DNA of 64,000 nt from assembly GCA_963748625.1 (NCBI GenBank), contig CAVVJT010000004.1, forward strand, positions 704,001 through 768,000. The letters run 5' to 3'. Positions 49,228 through 59,116 of the stretch are shown piece after piece; the first letter of the stretch is position 1; the number at the start of each line of letters is the position of its first letter. Made by a program: the position numbers and the translations under genes. Below the pieces are notes generated by a model. It worked only from the letters and a program-made list of their open reading frames with translations. It was not told the origin of the DNA and did no database searches. Source of the DNA: an uncultured Chloroflexia bacterium. GTDB lineage: Bacteria; Chloroflexota; Limnocylindria; Limnocylindrales; CSP1-4.

Positions 49228-51060
49228 TCAGGGATCCCGCCTGACGCGGACGCGACGCGGTGTCGCCGTGGGCGTGGCCGACTCGATGGGGAGCCGCACG
49301 GTGAACGTGGCGCCGGTCCCGGGGCCGTCGCTGCGGACGGTCAGCGTGCCACCGTGCAGCACCACCAGCTCCCGCGAGATCGAGAGGCCCAGCCCCAGTC
49401 CACCTTGGTCGTCGCCGATGGGCGTCCCGCGTCGGAAGCGCTCGAAGACATGGGGCAGGAGCTCCGGCTCGATCCCGCTCCCGGTGTCGATTACCGCCAG
49501 CTCCGCGTGCCGGCTCCGCCGCGCGATCTCGATCCGGATGGTCCCGTCGGCCGACGTGTGACGGATGGCGTTGTCGAGGAGGTTGCGCACCACCTGGCCG
49601 AGCCTGCCCGCATCGACCACGGCGTGGACGTCCACGGTGCGTACCCGCACCTCCACGCCCTTTGCCTCCGCGAGGGGCCGCATGGTGTCCGCCGCAGCCT
49701 GCGCGATGGGTCCGAGCGCCTGGCGTCGCGGGGTGATCGACAAGGTCCCCGCCATGGCCCGGGAGGCATCGAGGAGGTCGTCCACGAGCAGCCGCTGGGC
49801 CTCCGCGTTGCGCTCGATGGTGTCCAGTGCCTCCTGCTCGCGGCCGGGGATCCGGCCGGACGCCAGGAGCCGCGACCAGAGCAGGATGGCCGCCAGGGGG
49901 GTGCGGAGCTCATGGGACACGCTGGCAAGGAACGCGTCGCGCATGCGGGTGGCAGCCTCGGCCTGCCGGCGTGCGGCACGCTCCTGCGCGAGCGCCTGCT
50001 CCTGCTGGTCGTCCAGGCGCCGGCGCGCCTCGGCGAGCGCCTCCGCTGTCTGGGCGCGTTCCACCGAGGCCCATGTCCGCTCGGCCGTCTGCTCGGCAAG
50101 GTCGATATCGTCAGCGCTCCACGACCTGTGGTCCGCGGCGTAGACCCCCAGCATCGCGACCCAGCGACCGTCCTTCACCAGGGGCACGCCAATGGCCGCG
50201 CCGCCCTGGAAGATCGGCGAGCGGCTCACCTCGAGGCCCGCGAGTCGCGGATCCGTGGCGAGGTCGGACGTCACGAGCGTGGCCCCTGCCGACATCGCGG
50301 CGAGGAGCGGAGCCCCGAAAGCGGCGACGGGGAAGCGAAGACCCGGCCCCGAGCCACCGAGGACGTCGGCGGCGCCCGGGACCTCGGCGCTGCCCGGGAC
50401 CTCGGCGCTGCCCGGGACCTCGGACCCGGCCCCATCGCCGGTGTCGACCCGCGTTGCCACCGTCGCCCCGTCCGGCTCGACCACGGCGTAGAAGACGCGG
50501 TCCGCGGCCAGCTGGTCCGCGAGGAGACGTGCGGCGTGCTCCATCGCCTCGACCGGGCTGTCGAGGGGGCGGAGCGCATCGGACAGGCGCAGGAGGAACG
50601 CCTGCCGCTCGCGCCCGACACGCAGGAGGTCGGAGTTGCGGTGGGCCGCCGTGGTGTCGCGGAAGACGACGGCGACGAGGGGGTCCGACGGCTCCCCCAC
50701 CCTGACCGCGAACGCATCGATCCAGCGGTCAACGGCCGGATCGAAACGCTCCACCCGCTCGCTCGCGCCGGTCTCCGCGACCCGCGCGAAGCCGAGCGCC
50801 CACGCCGGGTCGAAGCCCGGTGTCAGCACGCTCGCGAGCTGGCCCGCGCCCGACGTGCCGAGCTGGCGCTCCATCGCGTCGTTGTGCTCGACGACGACGT
50901 AGTCGACTGGCGTGCCGTCGGCGGCACGGACGATCCGGACCAGGGCGTAGCCGAGGTCGAGCGATGCCGTGAGCAGCCGGAACCGGTCCTCGGACGCCGG
51001 CAGGTCTGGGACGGCGTCCAGGCGGGGAGCGCGGTCGCTGGCCAGGTCGGGGCCGTTCAC
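49228..51060 (-). CDS. PAS-GAF-HisKA-HATPase sensor histidine kinase (orphan)
   Basis: SHELRTPL, NLLDNAIRHT, DTGSGI, GLGLGLSI. Confidence 0.9.
   Translation of the reverse strand: MNGPDLASDRAPRLDAVPDLPASEDRFRLLTASLDLGYALVRIVRAADGTPVDYVVVEHNDAMERQLGTSGAGQLASVLTPGFDPAWALGFARVAETGASERVERFDPAVDRWIDAFAVRVGEPSDPLVAVVFRDTTAAHRNSDLLRVGRERQAFLLRLSDALRPLDSPVEAMEHAARLLADQLAADRVFYAVVEPDGATVATRVDTGDGAGSEVPGSAEVPGSAEVPGAADVLGGSGPGLRFPVAAFGAPLLAAMSAGATLVTSDLATDPRLAGLEVSRSPIFQGGAAIGVPLVKDGRWVAMLGVYAADHRSWSADDIDLAEQTAERTWASVERAQTAEALAEARRRLDDQQEQALAQERAARRQAEAATRMRDAFLASVSHELRTPLAAILLWSRLLASGRIPGREQEALDTIERNAEAQRLLVDDLLDASRAMAGTLSITPRRQALGPIAQAAADTMRPLAEAKGVEVRVRTVDVHAVVDAGRLGQVVRNLLDNAIRHTSADGTIRIEIARRSRHAELAVIDTGSGIEPELLPHVFERFRRGTPIGDDQGGLGLGLSISRELVVLHGGTLTVRSDGPGTGATFTVRLPIESATPTATPRRVRVRRDP
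50374..50423 (-). repeat. 18-bp in-frame tandem repeat (SAEVPG) in the kinase GAF domain
   Basis: gcccgggacctcggcgct x2.8. Confidence 0.9.
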
Positions 51061-51083
51061 GAGCGGGCAGTGGATCCTGGAGG

Positions 51084-52655
51084 TCAGTCCACGACGGTGT
51101 GGCTCTGCTCCCGCAGGAACTGGGCCACGTAGTACATCGACAAGCCGGACTTGCCGGTGGACCCGGAGCCCTTCCAGCCGCCGAAGGCCTGCACGCCCGG
51201 CCAGGCGCCCGTGGTGGCACCGGCACGGCGGTTGACGTAGAGCACGCCCGCGTGGATCTCCTCGAGGAACCGGTCGACCTCTTCGGGCTCCTCCGAGTAG
51301 ATGCCCGCCGTGAGCCCGTACATGCCGGCGTTGGCGAGCGCGATCGCCTCATCGAGCGAGCCCACGGGGGCGATCGCGGTGAAGGGGGCGAACAGCTCGT
51401 CGTGGAACAGCCGGTGCGTGGCGGGCAGGCCCACCACCGCGGGCTCAACGAACCAGCCACGGGCCAGGGCGCCGTCGGTGAGGCGCTCCCCGCCCGTGAA
51501 CACCGTGCCATCGCGGCGGGCTTCCGCCACCGCCTGCTGGTGCCGGTCAACGGCCGTCTGGTCGATGATCGGACCCATGAACGCTGCGCGGTCGAGCGGG
51601 TCGCCGATCACAAGCTTCTCGGTCTTCGCGACCAGGAGGCGCACCAGCTCGTCGTGGACCGGCCGCTCGACATAGACGCGGCTGTTGGCGGAGCACTTCT
51701 GGCCCCCGAACCCGAAGGCGGAACGCATGATGCCCTCGGCCGCCTCCTCGAGGTCCGCGCTGCGCATCACGATGGTCGCGTTCTTGCCGCCCATCTCCAC
51801 GATGGCCGGACGCGGGTAGTGGGTGGAGAAGTTGCGGAAGATGTCGAAGCCGACCTCGTAGGACCCGGTGAAGACGATCCCGTCGATGTCCGGGTTCTCC
51901 TGGAGCTCGGCGCCCACGGTGCTGCCCGGGCCCATGACGAGGTTGAAGACACCGTCGGGAACTCCCGCATCGCGGTAGGCCTCGAGGATCGCGATGGCCG
52001 TCATCGCCGACGCGGACGCGGGCTTGAAGACAACCGCGTTGCCGGCCATCATCGCCGCCGAGCTCGGGCCGATCGCGAGGGCCATCGGGAAGTTGAACGG
52101 GCTGATGACGGCGAACACGCCGTGGGGCCGCAGGATCGACCGGGTGTGGACCGATGGATCACCGAGGTTGTCCATGTCGTGGTCGTAGAACGCGTTGTCC
52201 TCGGCGGTCTTCGCGTAGTAGCGGATGAGATCGGCCGCCTCCTCCACCTCACCCAGCGCCTCGATCCGGGTCTTGCCGACCTCGATGGCCATCAGGGCGG
52301 CGTACTCCATCTGGCGCTCGGAGATGAGGTCCGCGGCGCGGCGCAGGATCTCGAGGCGCTGCTCCCAGCCCAGGCGGAACCAGGCCGGCTGGGCCGTGCG
52401 CGCGGCGGCAACGGCGTCCTTGGCATCCTGGCGCGTGCCCTTGGCGAACGTGCCGACAAGAATGTCGCGGTCGATGGGCGAGCGGACCTCGAAGGTGCCC
52501 ACGCCGTCACGCTCCACACCGCCGATGACATTGCGGTGGTAGGCGCCCAGGCGGGCCTTGGCCTTGTCGAGCCCGGCCTCGTAGAGGGCGTGCAGCTCCT
52601 CGTTGTCGGCGCGCAGGGTCGCATACGTGATCTTGAGGCGCGGGGCGCTGGTCAT
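51084..52655 (-). CDS. Aldehyde dehydrogenase (P5C-dehydrogenase/RocA-like clade)
   Basis: SPFNFP, FTGS, EMGGKN, GQKCSA, ELFAP, QAFGGWKGSG. Confidence 0.9.
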   Translation of the reverse strand: MTSAPRLKITYATLRADNEELHALYEAGLDKAKARLGAYHRNVIGGVERDGVGTFEVRSPIDRDILVGTFAKGTRQDAKDAVAAARTAQPAWFRLGWEQRLEILRRAADLISERQMEYAALMAIEVGKTRIEALGEVEEAADLIRYYAKTAEDNAFYDHDMDNLGDPSVHTRSILRPHGVFAVISPFNFPMALAIGPSSAAMMAGNAVVFKPASASAMTAIAILEAYRDAGVPDGVFNLVMGPGSTVGAELQENPDIDGIVFTGSYEVGFDIFRNFSTHYPRPAIVEMGGKNATIVMRSADLEEAAEGIMRSAFGFGGQKCSANSRVYVERPVHDELVRLLVAKTEKLVIGDPLDRAAFMGPIIDQTAVDRHQQAVAEARRDGTVFTGGERLTDGALARGWFVEPAVVGLPATHRLFHDELFAPFTAIAPVGSLDEAIALANAGMYGLTAGIYSEEPEEVDRFLEEIHAGVLYVNRRAGATTGAWPGVQAFGGWKGSGSTGKSGLSMYYVAQFLREQSHTVVD

Positions 52656-52768
52656 CGGGGTCCTCCGAGGCGGAACGCTGTGCGGTCTGGCGACCCGGAG
52701 GGTACCCGCGAGGGCGGAGGCCGGTCCAGCCACGCCTCGCCCCGTTGCGCCGCGTGATCGTGGTCGGC

Positions 52769-52996
52769 TCAGCCGCCCGAGAAGACCGGCGCGATCATGA
52801 CCCGGTCGCCCGGCTCCAGGCGCTCGACGGCATCCACCGCCCACCCGTTGCGGGCGATGATCATCGGCCAGGCAGGATCGATCGCGAACCTCGCGAGAAG
52901 GTCCGCGATCGTCGTTCCGGGCTCGACGTCGAGCTCCTTATGGCTGAATCCCGCCTTGTGCGCGATGCCGCCGGTGAGCTTGAAGGTGATCCGCAT
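52769..52996 (-). CDS. moaD: MoaD/ThiS ubiquitin-like protein
   Basis: 75 aa ending PVFSGG; adjacent to AOR. Confidence 0.85.
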   Translation of the reverse strand: MRITFKLTGGIAHKAGFSHKELDVEPGTTIADLLARFAIDPAWPMIIARNGWAVDAVERLEPGDRVMIAPVFSGG

Positions 52997-52999
52997 GCC

Positions 53000-54838
53000 C
53001 TAGTTGAGTGTCGCGTAGGCCTCCGCCTTCGCGGCCTCCTCCGTGAGACCAAGCTGCTCGAGGGTCGCCCGGGTGGGCACCCCGCGCGCATCGTAGCCCC
53101 GGATGTCGTAGTAGTGGCCCAGCAGCTCGTCGTACTTGTCCCGGTCGAGGTGCAGGCCCGCGATGGGTCCCTCGGTATCCGCGTTCTCCGGGTCGAACCA
53201 GGCGGCCGGGACGTAGTCGGCCGTGCGATCGGTGTCCGGGAACTCGCGCAGCCAGAACAGCTTGATGAGCGCGTAGATCCGGTCGGAGATCGGCCAGAAG
53301 TCCTCGAGCGTCCAGTCCTTGCCCGTGATGGTGTTGAAGTACTTCGGGTAGTTCTCCACGCCCCAGCCGAGCTCGACCCACGGGAAGCGGCAGGTCACGA
53401 TCGACTCGAACAGGCCGCCGCGGATCCGCTGGAGGTCGACGACCTTCTGGGCCTTGTCGCGCCCGTACGACCCGCGCTCGGTCTGCCGGACCTCGTACGT
53501 GATGATCCACGACTCCTTGTGGTGGGCGCCGATGGGGCTCACGCCGAAGGCGAGCGCCATGCCCGGGATGAACTTGCAGTTGTAGGCCGAGATCTCGAGG
53601 CCCTTCACCTGCATGGCGTAGTCCTCGGAGTCGTGGCCAAAGACCCGGGCGGCACGAAGGGTTCCCTCGGCCAGGATGTTGCCGATCTCGCCGTCCCGGT
53701 GGGCGATCTGCGCAAGCAGCGCCTTGAACGCCACCACATCGCCGAACAGCGGCGCTCCCGGGGCGGCGCCCCGCTCGACGGCATCAGCGTAGAACCCGAG
53801 CACGTTGCCGGCCGAGATGGTGTCCAGGCCGTAGTCGTCGCAGTCGTAGTTCAGCGCGGCAACCTGGGGCAGGTCGTACAGGTCGAGATTGGGACCGAGC
53901 AGCCCGACGGGTTCGTAGTCGAGCTCCGACTCGCGCCCCTGGTCGTCGAGGACGGCGATGCCGCAGCGCATCGTGCAGTTCGGGCAGCCGTAGGTGGCGA
54001 CGCGGGCCGCGTTGGCGCGCTCGCCGTCCACCTGCCAGGCGTCGGGATGGTGCGTGCCTCGGAAGTTGTGGACCGGGAGCGCCGCGACCTCGTTGCACCA
54101 GGGGAGGACACCGTCCGTGCCCTGGACCGACCAGCCCTGCTCCTTGTCCCAGGCACGGACCTCCTTGAGGTCGTCGCGCCCGAGGATCTTCATCTCCGCG
54201 GGGAAGGCCTGCGGGATGGGCTTGGACCCCTTGATGACGATGGCCTTGAGGAGCTTGCTGCCCATGACCGCGCCCATCCCGGGCCGTCCGCCGGAACGCC
54301 CCTCGAGGCTGCGCACGGTCGCGTAGCGGACCATGTTCTCGCCGGCCTGGCCGATGTTCAGGACGCCCGCGCCCTTGCCGTAGCGGGCGTAGATCCAGTC
54401 GTTCGTGGCGATCGTGCCCTTGCCCCAGACCTCGTCCGCAGGCAGGAACTCGACGCGGTCGTCCTCGATGTAGAGCATCGTCGGGCTGGCCGCCCGGCCC
54501 TCGACGATCAGCGCGTCGTACCCCGCCTTGCGGATCTGGTCCGTCACGCGGGTGCCGAGATTGCCGTCGCCGTAGCCGCCGGTGGCGGGGGACTTCGCCG
54601 CCACGATCGTCTTGCCCGTGTTCGGCGCGGGAATGCCCGAGATCGGGCCGACGGCGACGACCAGCTTGTTCTCAGGGCCGAGGGGGTCGATGCCGGGGGC
54701 GAGCTCGTCGTACAACAGCTTCACGGCGAAGCCACGGCCGCCGATCCACGTGGTGGCGAACTCCTCTGAGAACGTGTCCACGCGGTGCGTCCGGTCCGTC
54801 AGGTTGACCCTGAGGATCTGCCCGGTCCAACCATCCAT
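53000..54838 (-). CDS. Tungsten-dependent aldehyde:ferredoxin oxidoreductase family protein
   Basis: ILRVNL, GGRG, KSPATG, GRPGMGAVMGSK.LKAI, CPNCTMRC, GLDTIS. Confidence 0.92.
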   Translation of the reverse strand: MDGWTGQILRVNLTDRTHRVDTFSEEFATTWIGGRGFAVKLLYDELAPGIDPLGPENKLVVAVGPISGIPAPNTGKTIVAAKSPATGGYGDGNLGTRVTDQIRKAGYDALIVEGRAASPTMLYIEDDRVEFLPADEVWGKGTIATNDWIYARYGKGAGVLNIGQAGENMVRYATVRSLEGRSGGRPGMGAVMGSKLLKAIVIKGSKPIPQAFPAEMKILGRDDLKEVRAWDKEQGWSVQGTDGVLPWCNEVAALPVHNFRGTHHPDAWQVDGERANAARVATYGCPNCTMRCGIAVLDDQGRESELDYEPVGLLGPNLDLYDLPQVAALNYDCDDYGLDTISAGNVLGFYADAVERGAAPGAPLFGDVVAFKALLAQIAHRDGEIGNILAEGTLRAARVFGHDSEDYAMQVKGLEISAYNCKFIPGMALAFGVSPIGAHHKESWIITYEVRQTERGSYGRDKAQKVVDLQRIRGGLFESIVTCRFPWVELGWGVENYPKYFNTITGKDWTLEDFWPISDRIYALIKLFWLREFPDTDRTADYVPAAWFDPENADTEGPIAGLHLDRDKYDELLGHYYDIRGYDARGVPTRATLEQLGLTEEAAKAEAYATLN

Positions 54839-54991
54839 CGTCAGCTCATCCTTGCATGGGTTGTCGGATAGGACCGTAATGCGTCTCCGGGTCAGGCTCC
54901 TAAGGGCATTGGACCCCTGTTGCAGGATGAAGGTCCCGACTCTTCCGGCCAGCCTGGTGACAGACCCCGGCGCCGCATCTACCCTCCTCGG

Positions 54992-56596
54992 GTGAACCGC
55001 ACCATCCGTCCGCTCGGCATCCTCGCCCTCGTCGCGGCCCTGCTGGGAGCCGCCGTGCCCGTCCGCGCGGCAAACGGGTTCCCGGCCGGCTACGAGGGCT
55101 TCCACACCTACGCGGAGATGCAGGCGGAGATCGCCGACGTCGCCACTGCGCATCCCGACATCGTTTCCCTGTTCACCATCGGCACCTCGTACAAGGGGCG
55201 CGCGCTGTGGGCCGCCAAGATCAGCGACAACGTGCTGGTGGACGAGGACGAGCCCGAGGTGCTGTTCGACGGCCTGCACCACGGCAACGAGCACATGGGC
55301 CTGGAGATGACGCTGGCGATCCTCCACTGGCTGGCGGAGGGCTACGGATCGGATGCGCGGATCACGGACCTCGTCGACACGCGCGAGACGTGGATCGTGT
55401 TCGCGGTCAACCCCGACGGGGCCGCGTTCGATGTGCTCGACGACGGCTTCCGGGACTGGCGCAAGAACCGCCAGCCGAACGCCAACGGCACCGTGGGAAC
55501 AGACCTCAACCGCAACTACGACTACCGCTGGGGCTCGAAGGACACCTCCGGGTCGCCGGTCCCGGGCGCCAGTGGCTACCGCGGGCCCCGGCCGTTCTCG
55601 GCACCCGAGACCCGTGCGCTTCGGGACTTCCTCGCCGGCCGCGTCGTCGGTGGCCGCCAGCAGATCCGCGTGGCCATCAGCTTCCATGAGTACGGGCGCC
55701 AGGTGATGTGGCCGTACGCCTACACATCTGCCGACGCGCCGCCCGACATGACGGCCGACGACGCCGCGGCGCTCCGGCGGATCGGCCGGCGCATGGCGGC
55801 GTCCTCGGGCTACACGCCGCTGCAGGCGAGTGAGATACGGCTCGCATCGGGCACGTTCCGCGATTACGCCTACGGGCGGTACCGGATCTTCGCCTACACC
55901 GTCGAGCTGTCGGCCGTGAACTATCCCAAGGACACGCGTATCCCGGCCGAGACCGGCCGCAACCGCGAGGCGGTCCTGTGGCTCATGGAGCAGGCGTGGT
56001 GCCCGCTGAACGTGCTCGGGGCTGCCGTGACCGCCGCCCGCTGCGGAGCCTTCGACGACGACCTCGAGGTCACACGGGGCTGGCAGGTGAACCCGGACGG
56101 CACGGACACCGCCGGCGCGACCGGCGGCCGCTGGCAGCGGGCGGACCCCGCGTCGACGACGCTGTCGCGCACGGTCATGCAGCGGCGTGCGGTCCCGTCC
56201 GGCCGCGCTGCACTCGTGACTGGCGCGTCGGCCGGCAGGCGCGCATCGGCCAATGACCTCGACGGACGGACCACCGTGCGCTCAACGCCGATCGCCCTGG
56301 CGGCGGGCGCGGGGCAGACGCTCAGGTTCCGGTGGCTCTTCGCGCACGCGGCCACCTCGGGGCCAGAGGACCACCTGCGCGCCGTCGTCGAGGCGGATGA
56401 CGGGACGCTGACGACGGCCTGGGAGCAGACCGGCGCAGCCAGCCTCCGGGGCGGGACGTGGGGTTCGGCGTCGGTCCCCCTGGACGCCTGGGCCGGGCAG
56501 ACAATCCGAATCCGCTTCGAGGCGGAGGACGGCGGTAGGGGCGGCGTGGTGGAAGCCGGGATCGACGACGTCAGGGTGACCCGCCCGGCCGAGTGA
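54992..56596 (+). CDS. Secreted M14 zinc carboxypeptidase (carboxypeptidase T-like) with C-terminal beta domain
   Basis: Signal peptide; HHGNEH, NPDG, WRKNR, DLNRNY, FHEY. Confidence 0.9.
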   Translation: MNRTIRPLGILALVAALLGAAVPVRAANGFPAGYEGFHTYAEMQAEIADVATAHPDIVSLFTIGTSYKGRALWAAKISDNVLVDEDEPEVLFDGLHHGNEHMGLEMTLAILHWLAEGYGSDARITDLVDTRETWIVFAVNPDGAAFDVLDDGFRDWRKNRQPNANGTVGTDLNRNYDYRWGSKDTSGSPVPGASGYRGPRPFSAPETRALRDFLAGRVVGGRQQIRVAISFHEYGRQVMWPYAYTSADAPPDMTADDAAALRRIGRRMAASSGYTPLQASEIRLASGTFRDYAYGRYRIFAYTVELSAVNYPKDTRIPAETGRNREAVLWLMEQAWCPLNVLGAAVTAARCGAFDDDLEVTRGWQVNPDGTDTAGATGGRWQRADPASTTLSRTVMQRRAVPSGRAALVTGASAGRRASANDLDGRTTVRSTPIALAAGAGQTLRFRWLFAHAATSGPEDHLRAVVEADDGTLTTAWEQTGAASLRGGTWGSASVPLDAWAGQTIRIRFEAEDGGRGGVVEAGIDDVRVTRPAE

Positions 56597-56654
56597 CCCA
56601 CGCCGGACGGCTGAACCCGCCTGGACGGCTGGACCCCGCGTGTGACAGGCGTGA

Positions 56655-57539
56655 TCAGTCGAGGGCCGCGACGATCTCCCTGATCGAGTCGGCGACGCCG
56701 TCGGGCCGGTACGCGCCCCGGGCCCGTGCCGCAACCGCGTCCAGCTCGGCCTCCCCGTGCTTGCCGGTCCGCACGAACACGGTGCGCAGCCCGGCGCGCC
56801 TGCCGCCACCGATATCGCTGTGCACGTCGTCGCCGACCATGACCACCTGCGACCGGTGGAGCGGCGCCTCACCGCGGGCCGCGGCCTCCCGGGCGAGCCG
56901 CTCGAACCCGGATCGGAAGAACGACGGTGACGGCTTGCCGACTGTGCGCGCGCGTCGGCCGGACGCCCACTCCAGGCCGACAAGGAACGCACCTGCGTCC
57001 AGCGTTGGACCGGCCGCGGTGAGCCACCACGGGTTGCGGTGCATCCCGATCAGCGCGGCGCCGCCCAGCACCAGGCGGAACGCCCGATCGAGATTGGGCT
57101 TGGTGATCTCGTCCGGTGAGTCGCCCAGGATCACAGCCGCCACGGCGGAGGGGTCCGCGTCGGCCGTCGGGCCTTCGACAAGATCCAGGCCGTCGAGCTC
57201 CGTGCGCGCGTCGGCCGAGCAGATCACGTAGACCTTGCGCCCGGCGAACTCCCGGCGCACGAGATCCGCCGATGCCGCCAGCGCGGACAGGAACCGGTCC
57301 CGCGGGATGGCAAGACCCACCGACGCGCTCCAGCGGGCGAGCGTCTCGCGGGACACGAGGGAGCTGTTGGTCAGCACGAGGTACGGGATGCCGCGCCCGT
57401 CGAGCTCGGCCATGGCCTCCACGGCACCCGGGATCGGCTTGCCCTTGAGCAGCAGGACGCCGTCGAGGTCAAGGAGGAAGGCCCGGGCCCCGTGCAGGGC
57501 TGCACGCAGGGCGTCGTCCGGGGCGGTCGCGTCGGGCAT
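56655..57539 (-). CDS. HAD-superfamily IIA hydrolase
   Basis: LDLDGVL, LTNSS, GKPS, VGDD..SDI, VRTGK. Confidence 0.9.
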   Translation of the reverse strand: MPDATAPDDALRAALHGARAFLLDLDGVLLLKGKPIPGAVEAMAELDGRGIPYLVLTNSSLVSRETLARWSASVGLAIPRDRFLSALAASADLVRREFAGRKVYVICSADARTELDGLDLVEGPTADADPSAVAAVILGDSPDEITKPNLDRAFRLVLGGAALIGMHRNPWWLTAAGPTLDAGAFLVGLEWASGRRARTVGKPSPSFFRSGFERLAREAAARGEAPLHRSQVVMVGDDVHSDIGGGRRAGLRTVFVRTGKHGEAELDAVAARARGAYRPDGVADSIREIVAALD

Positions 57540-57573
57540 GATGGGCGGAGGGTATCGGAAGGAGGAGCCGCGC

Positions 57574-58356
57574 ATGGGCCTGCTCGACGGACGCAAGGCG
57601 CTTGTCTTCGGGGTCGCGAACGACCACAGCATCGCCTGGGGCATCGCCAAAGCATTCCACGATGCAGGGGCCACGGTTGGCTTCTCGTCGGTGGAGAGCC
57701 TGATCGAGCGACGCGTGAAGCCGCTCGCGGACTCGATCGGCTCGACGTTCGTGGAGCCCGCAGACGTGAGCTCGGACGAGCAGCTCGCAGACGTGATGCG
57801 CAAGTGGCACGCGGCTCACGGCGAGATCGACATCCTGGTCCACGCGGTCGCCTACGCGAAGCGCGAGGACCTCGACGGGCAGTTCGTGAACACGTCGCGG
57901 GCCGGGTTCGCCCTCGCCCTGGACGTGTCGGCGTACTCCCTCGTCGCGATGGCCCGCGAGGCGCGCCCGTACCTGCACCGCGGCTCGTCGATCATCACGC
58001 TCAGCTACTACGGAGCTGAGAAGGTGGTCACCAACTACAACGTGATGGGGGTGGCCAAGGCGGCGCTCGAGGCGTCCGTGCGCTACCTCGCGGCGGACCT
58101 CGGGCCGGACGGCATCCGCGTCAACGCGATCTCGGCGGGCCCTATCCGGACCCTGTCGGCAGGCGGGATCGCGGGCTTCCGCAAGCTCTACGGCCCGTTC
58201 GACCAGGTCGCCCCGCTGCGGGCGCACATCTCGATCGAGGACTGCGGCAAGACCGCGGTGTACCTGGGGTCCGACCTGTCGTCCGCCGTCACCGGCGAGG
58301 TGGTCTACGTGGACGGCGGGTTCAACATCCTCGGTGTGCCCACGCCCTCCGACTGA
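57574..58356 (+). CDS. fabI: Enoyl-ACP reductase
   Basis: GVANDHSIAWGIA, YNVMGVAKAALE, ISAGPIRT, TGEVVYVDGG. Confidence 0.95.
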   Translation: MGLLDGRKALVFGVANDHSIAWGIAKAFHDAGATVGFSSVESLIERRVKPLADSIGSTFVEPADVSSDEQLADVMRKWHAAHGEIDILVHAVAYAKREDLDGQFVNTSRAGFALALDVSAYSLVAMAREARPYLHRGSSIITLSYYGAEKVVTNYNVMGVAKAALEASVRYLAADLGPDGIRVNAISAGPIRTLSAGGIAGFRKLYGPFDQVAPLRAHISIEDCGKTAVYLGSDLSSAVTGEVVYVDGGFNILGVPTPSD

Positions 58357-58370
58357 GGAGGCTGTATCGG

Positions 58371-58745
58371 ATGGACCTGGTCCTCGTGGGGGTGGGCGGC
58401 TTCTTCGGCGCCATCGCGCGCCGGGCCGTCGACCTGTGGGTGAGCGACAGGAGTGGCTCGCCGTTCCCCCTTGGAACGCTGGTGGTCAACCTGTCCGGCG
58501 CGTTCCTCCTCGGACTCCTGTTCGCGTGGGCCACCGAACGCGACGTGCTGCCGAGGGAGATCCGCGGGCCGGTCATGATCGGCTTCATCGGGGCGTACAC
58601 CACGTTCTCCACGTGGATGCTGGAGTCGATGCGCCTGTTCGAGGACGGGGCCTGGCAGCTCGCCCTGGTCAACCTCCTCGGGTCCATCGTGCTGGGCGTC
58701 ATCGCGGTCGCCGGGGGCCTTGCCCTCGGCCGGCTGCTTCCGTAG
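58371..58745 (+). CDS. crcB: Fluoride channel CrcB/FluC
   Basis: GGFFGAIAR, PLGTLVVN, GFIGAYTTFST. Confidence 0.93.
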   Translation: MDLVLVGVGGFFGAIARRAVDLWVSDRSGSPFPLGTLVVNLSGAFLLGLLFAWATERDVLPREIRGPVMIGFIGAYTTFSTWMLESMRLFEDGAWQLALVNLLGSIVLGVIAVAGGLALGRLLP

Positions 58746-58768
58746 CCGCTCCCAGGAGGGACGCAACC

Positions 58769-59116
58769 ATGTCGATCGAGGGTGAGGCCCTGCTGGTCCG
58801 GATCTACATCGGCGAGTCGGACACGTTCCACGGCAGGCCCCTGTATGACGCGATCGTCCGGCTCTTCCGCGAGCGGCACATCCGCGGCGTCTCGGTGTTC
58901 CGGGGGATCGAGGGGTACGGGCGCTCGTCGCGCGTGCACACGACCCGGGTGCTTGCCCTGTCCGAGGATCTGCCGATCCTGATCGAGGCCGTGGACGAGG
59001 CCGACCGGATCCGCGCCGTGCTCCCAGACCTCGAGCCGATGATCGGCGGCGGGCTGGTGACCCTCGAGAAGCTCGAGGTGGTGGTCTACCGGGGCGGGGA
59101 GGCGACGGCGGGGTGA
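58769..59116 (+). CDS. DUF190 (PII-like) protein
   Basis: RIYIGESD, FRGIEGYG, LSEDLP; the usual crcB partner. Confidence 0.9.
   Translation: MSIEGEALLVRIYIGESDTFHGRPLYDAIVRLFRERHIRGVSVFRGIEGYGRSSRVHTTRVLALSEDLPILIEAVDEADRIRAVLPDLEPMIGGGLVTLEKLEVVVYRGGEATAG

Noticed and set aside
54840-54990. Moco/Wco riboswitch upstream of AOR
   Set aside because: No recognisable conserved stem or GNRA architecture.
56605-56640. 18-bp imperfect duplication between the M14 and HAD genes as a regulatory site
   Set aside because: It lies between convergent stops and is most simply another slippage duplication.
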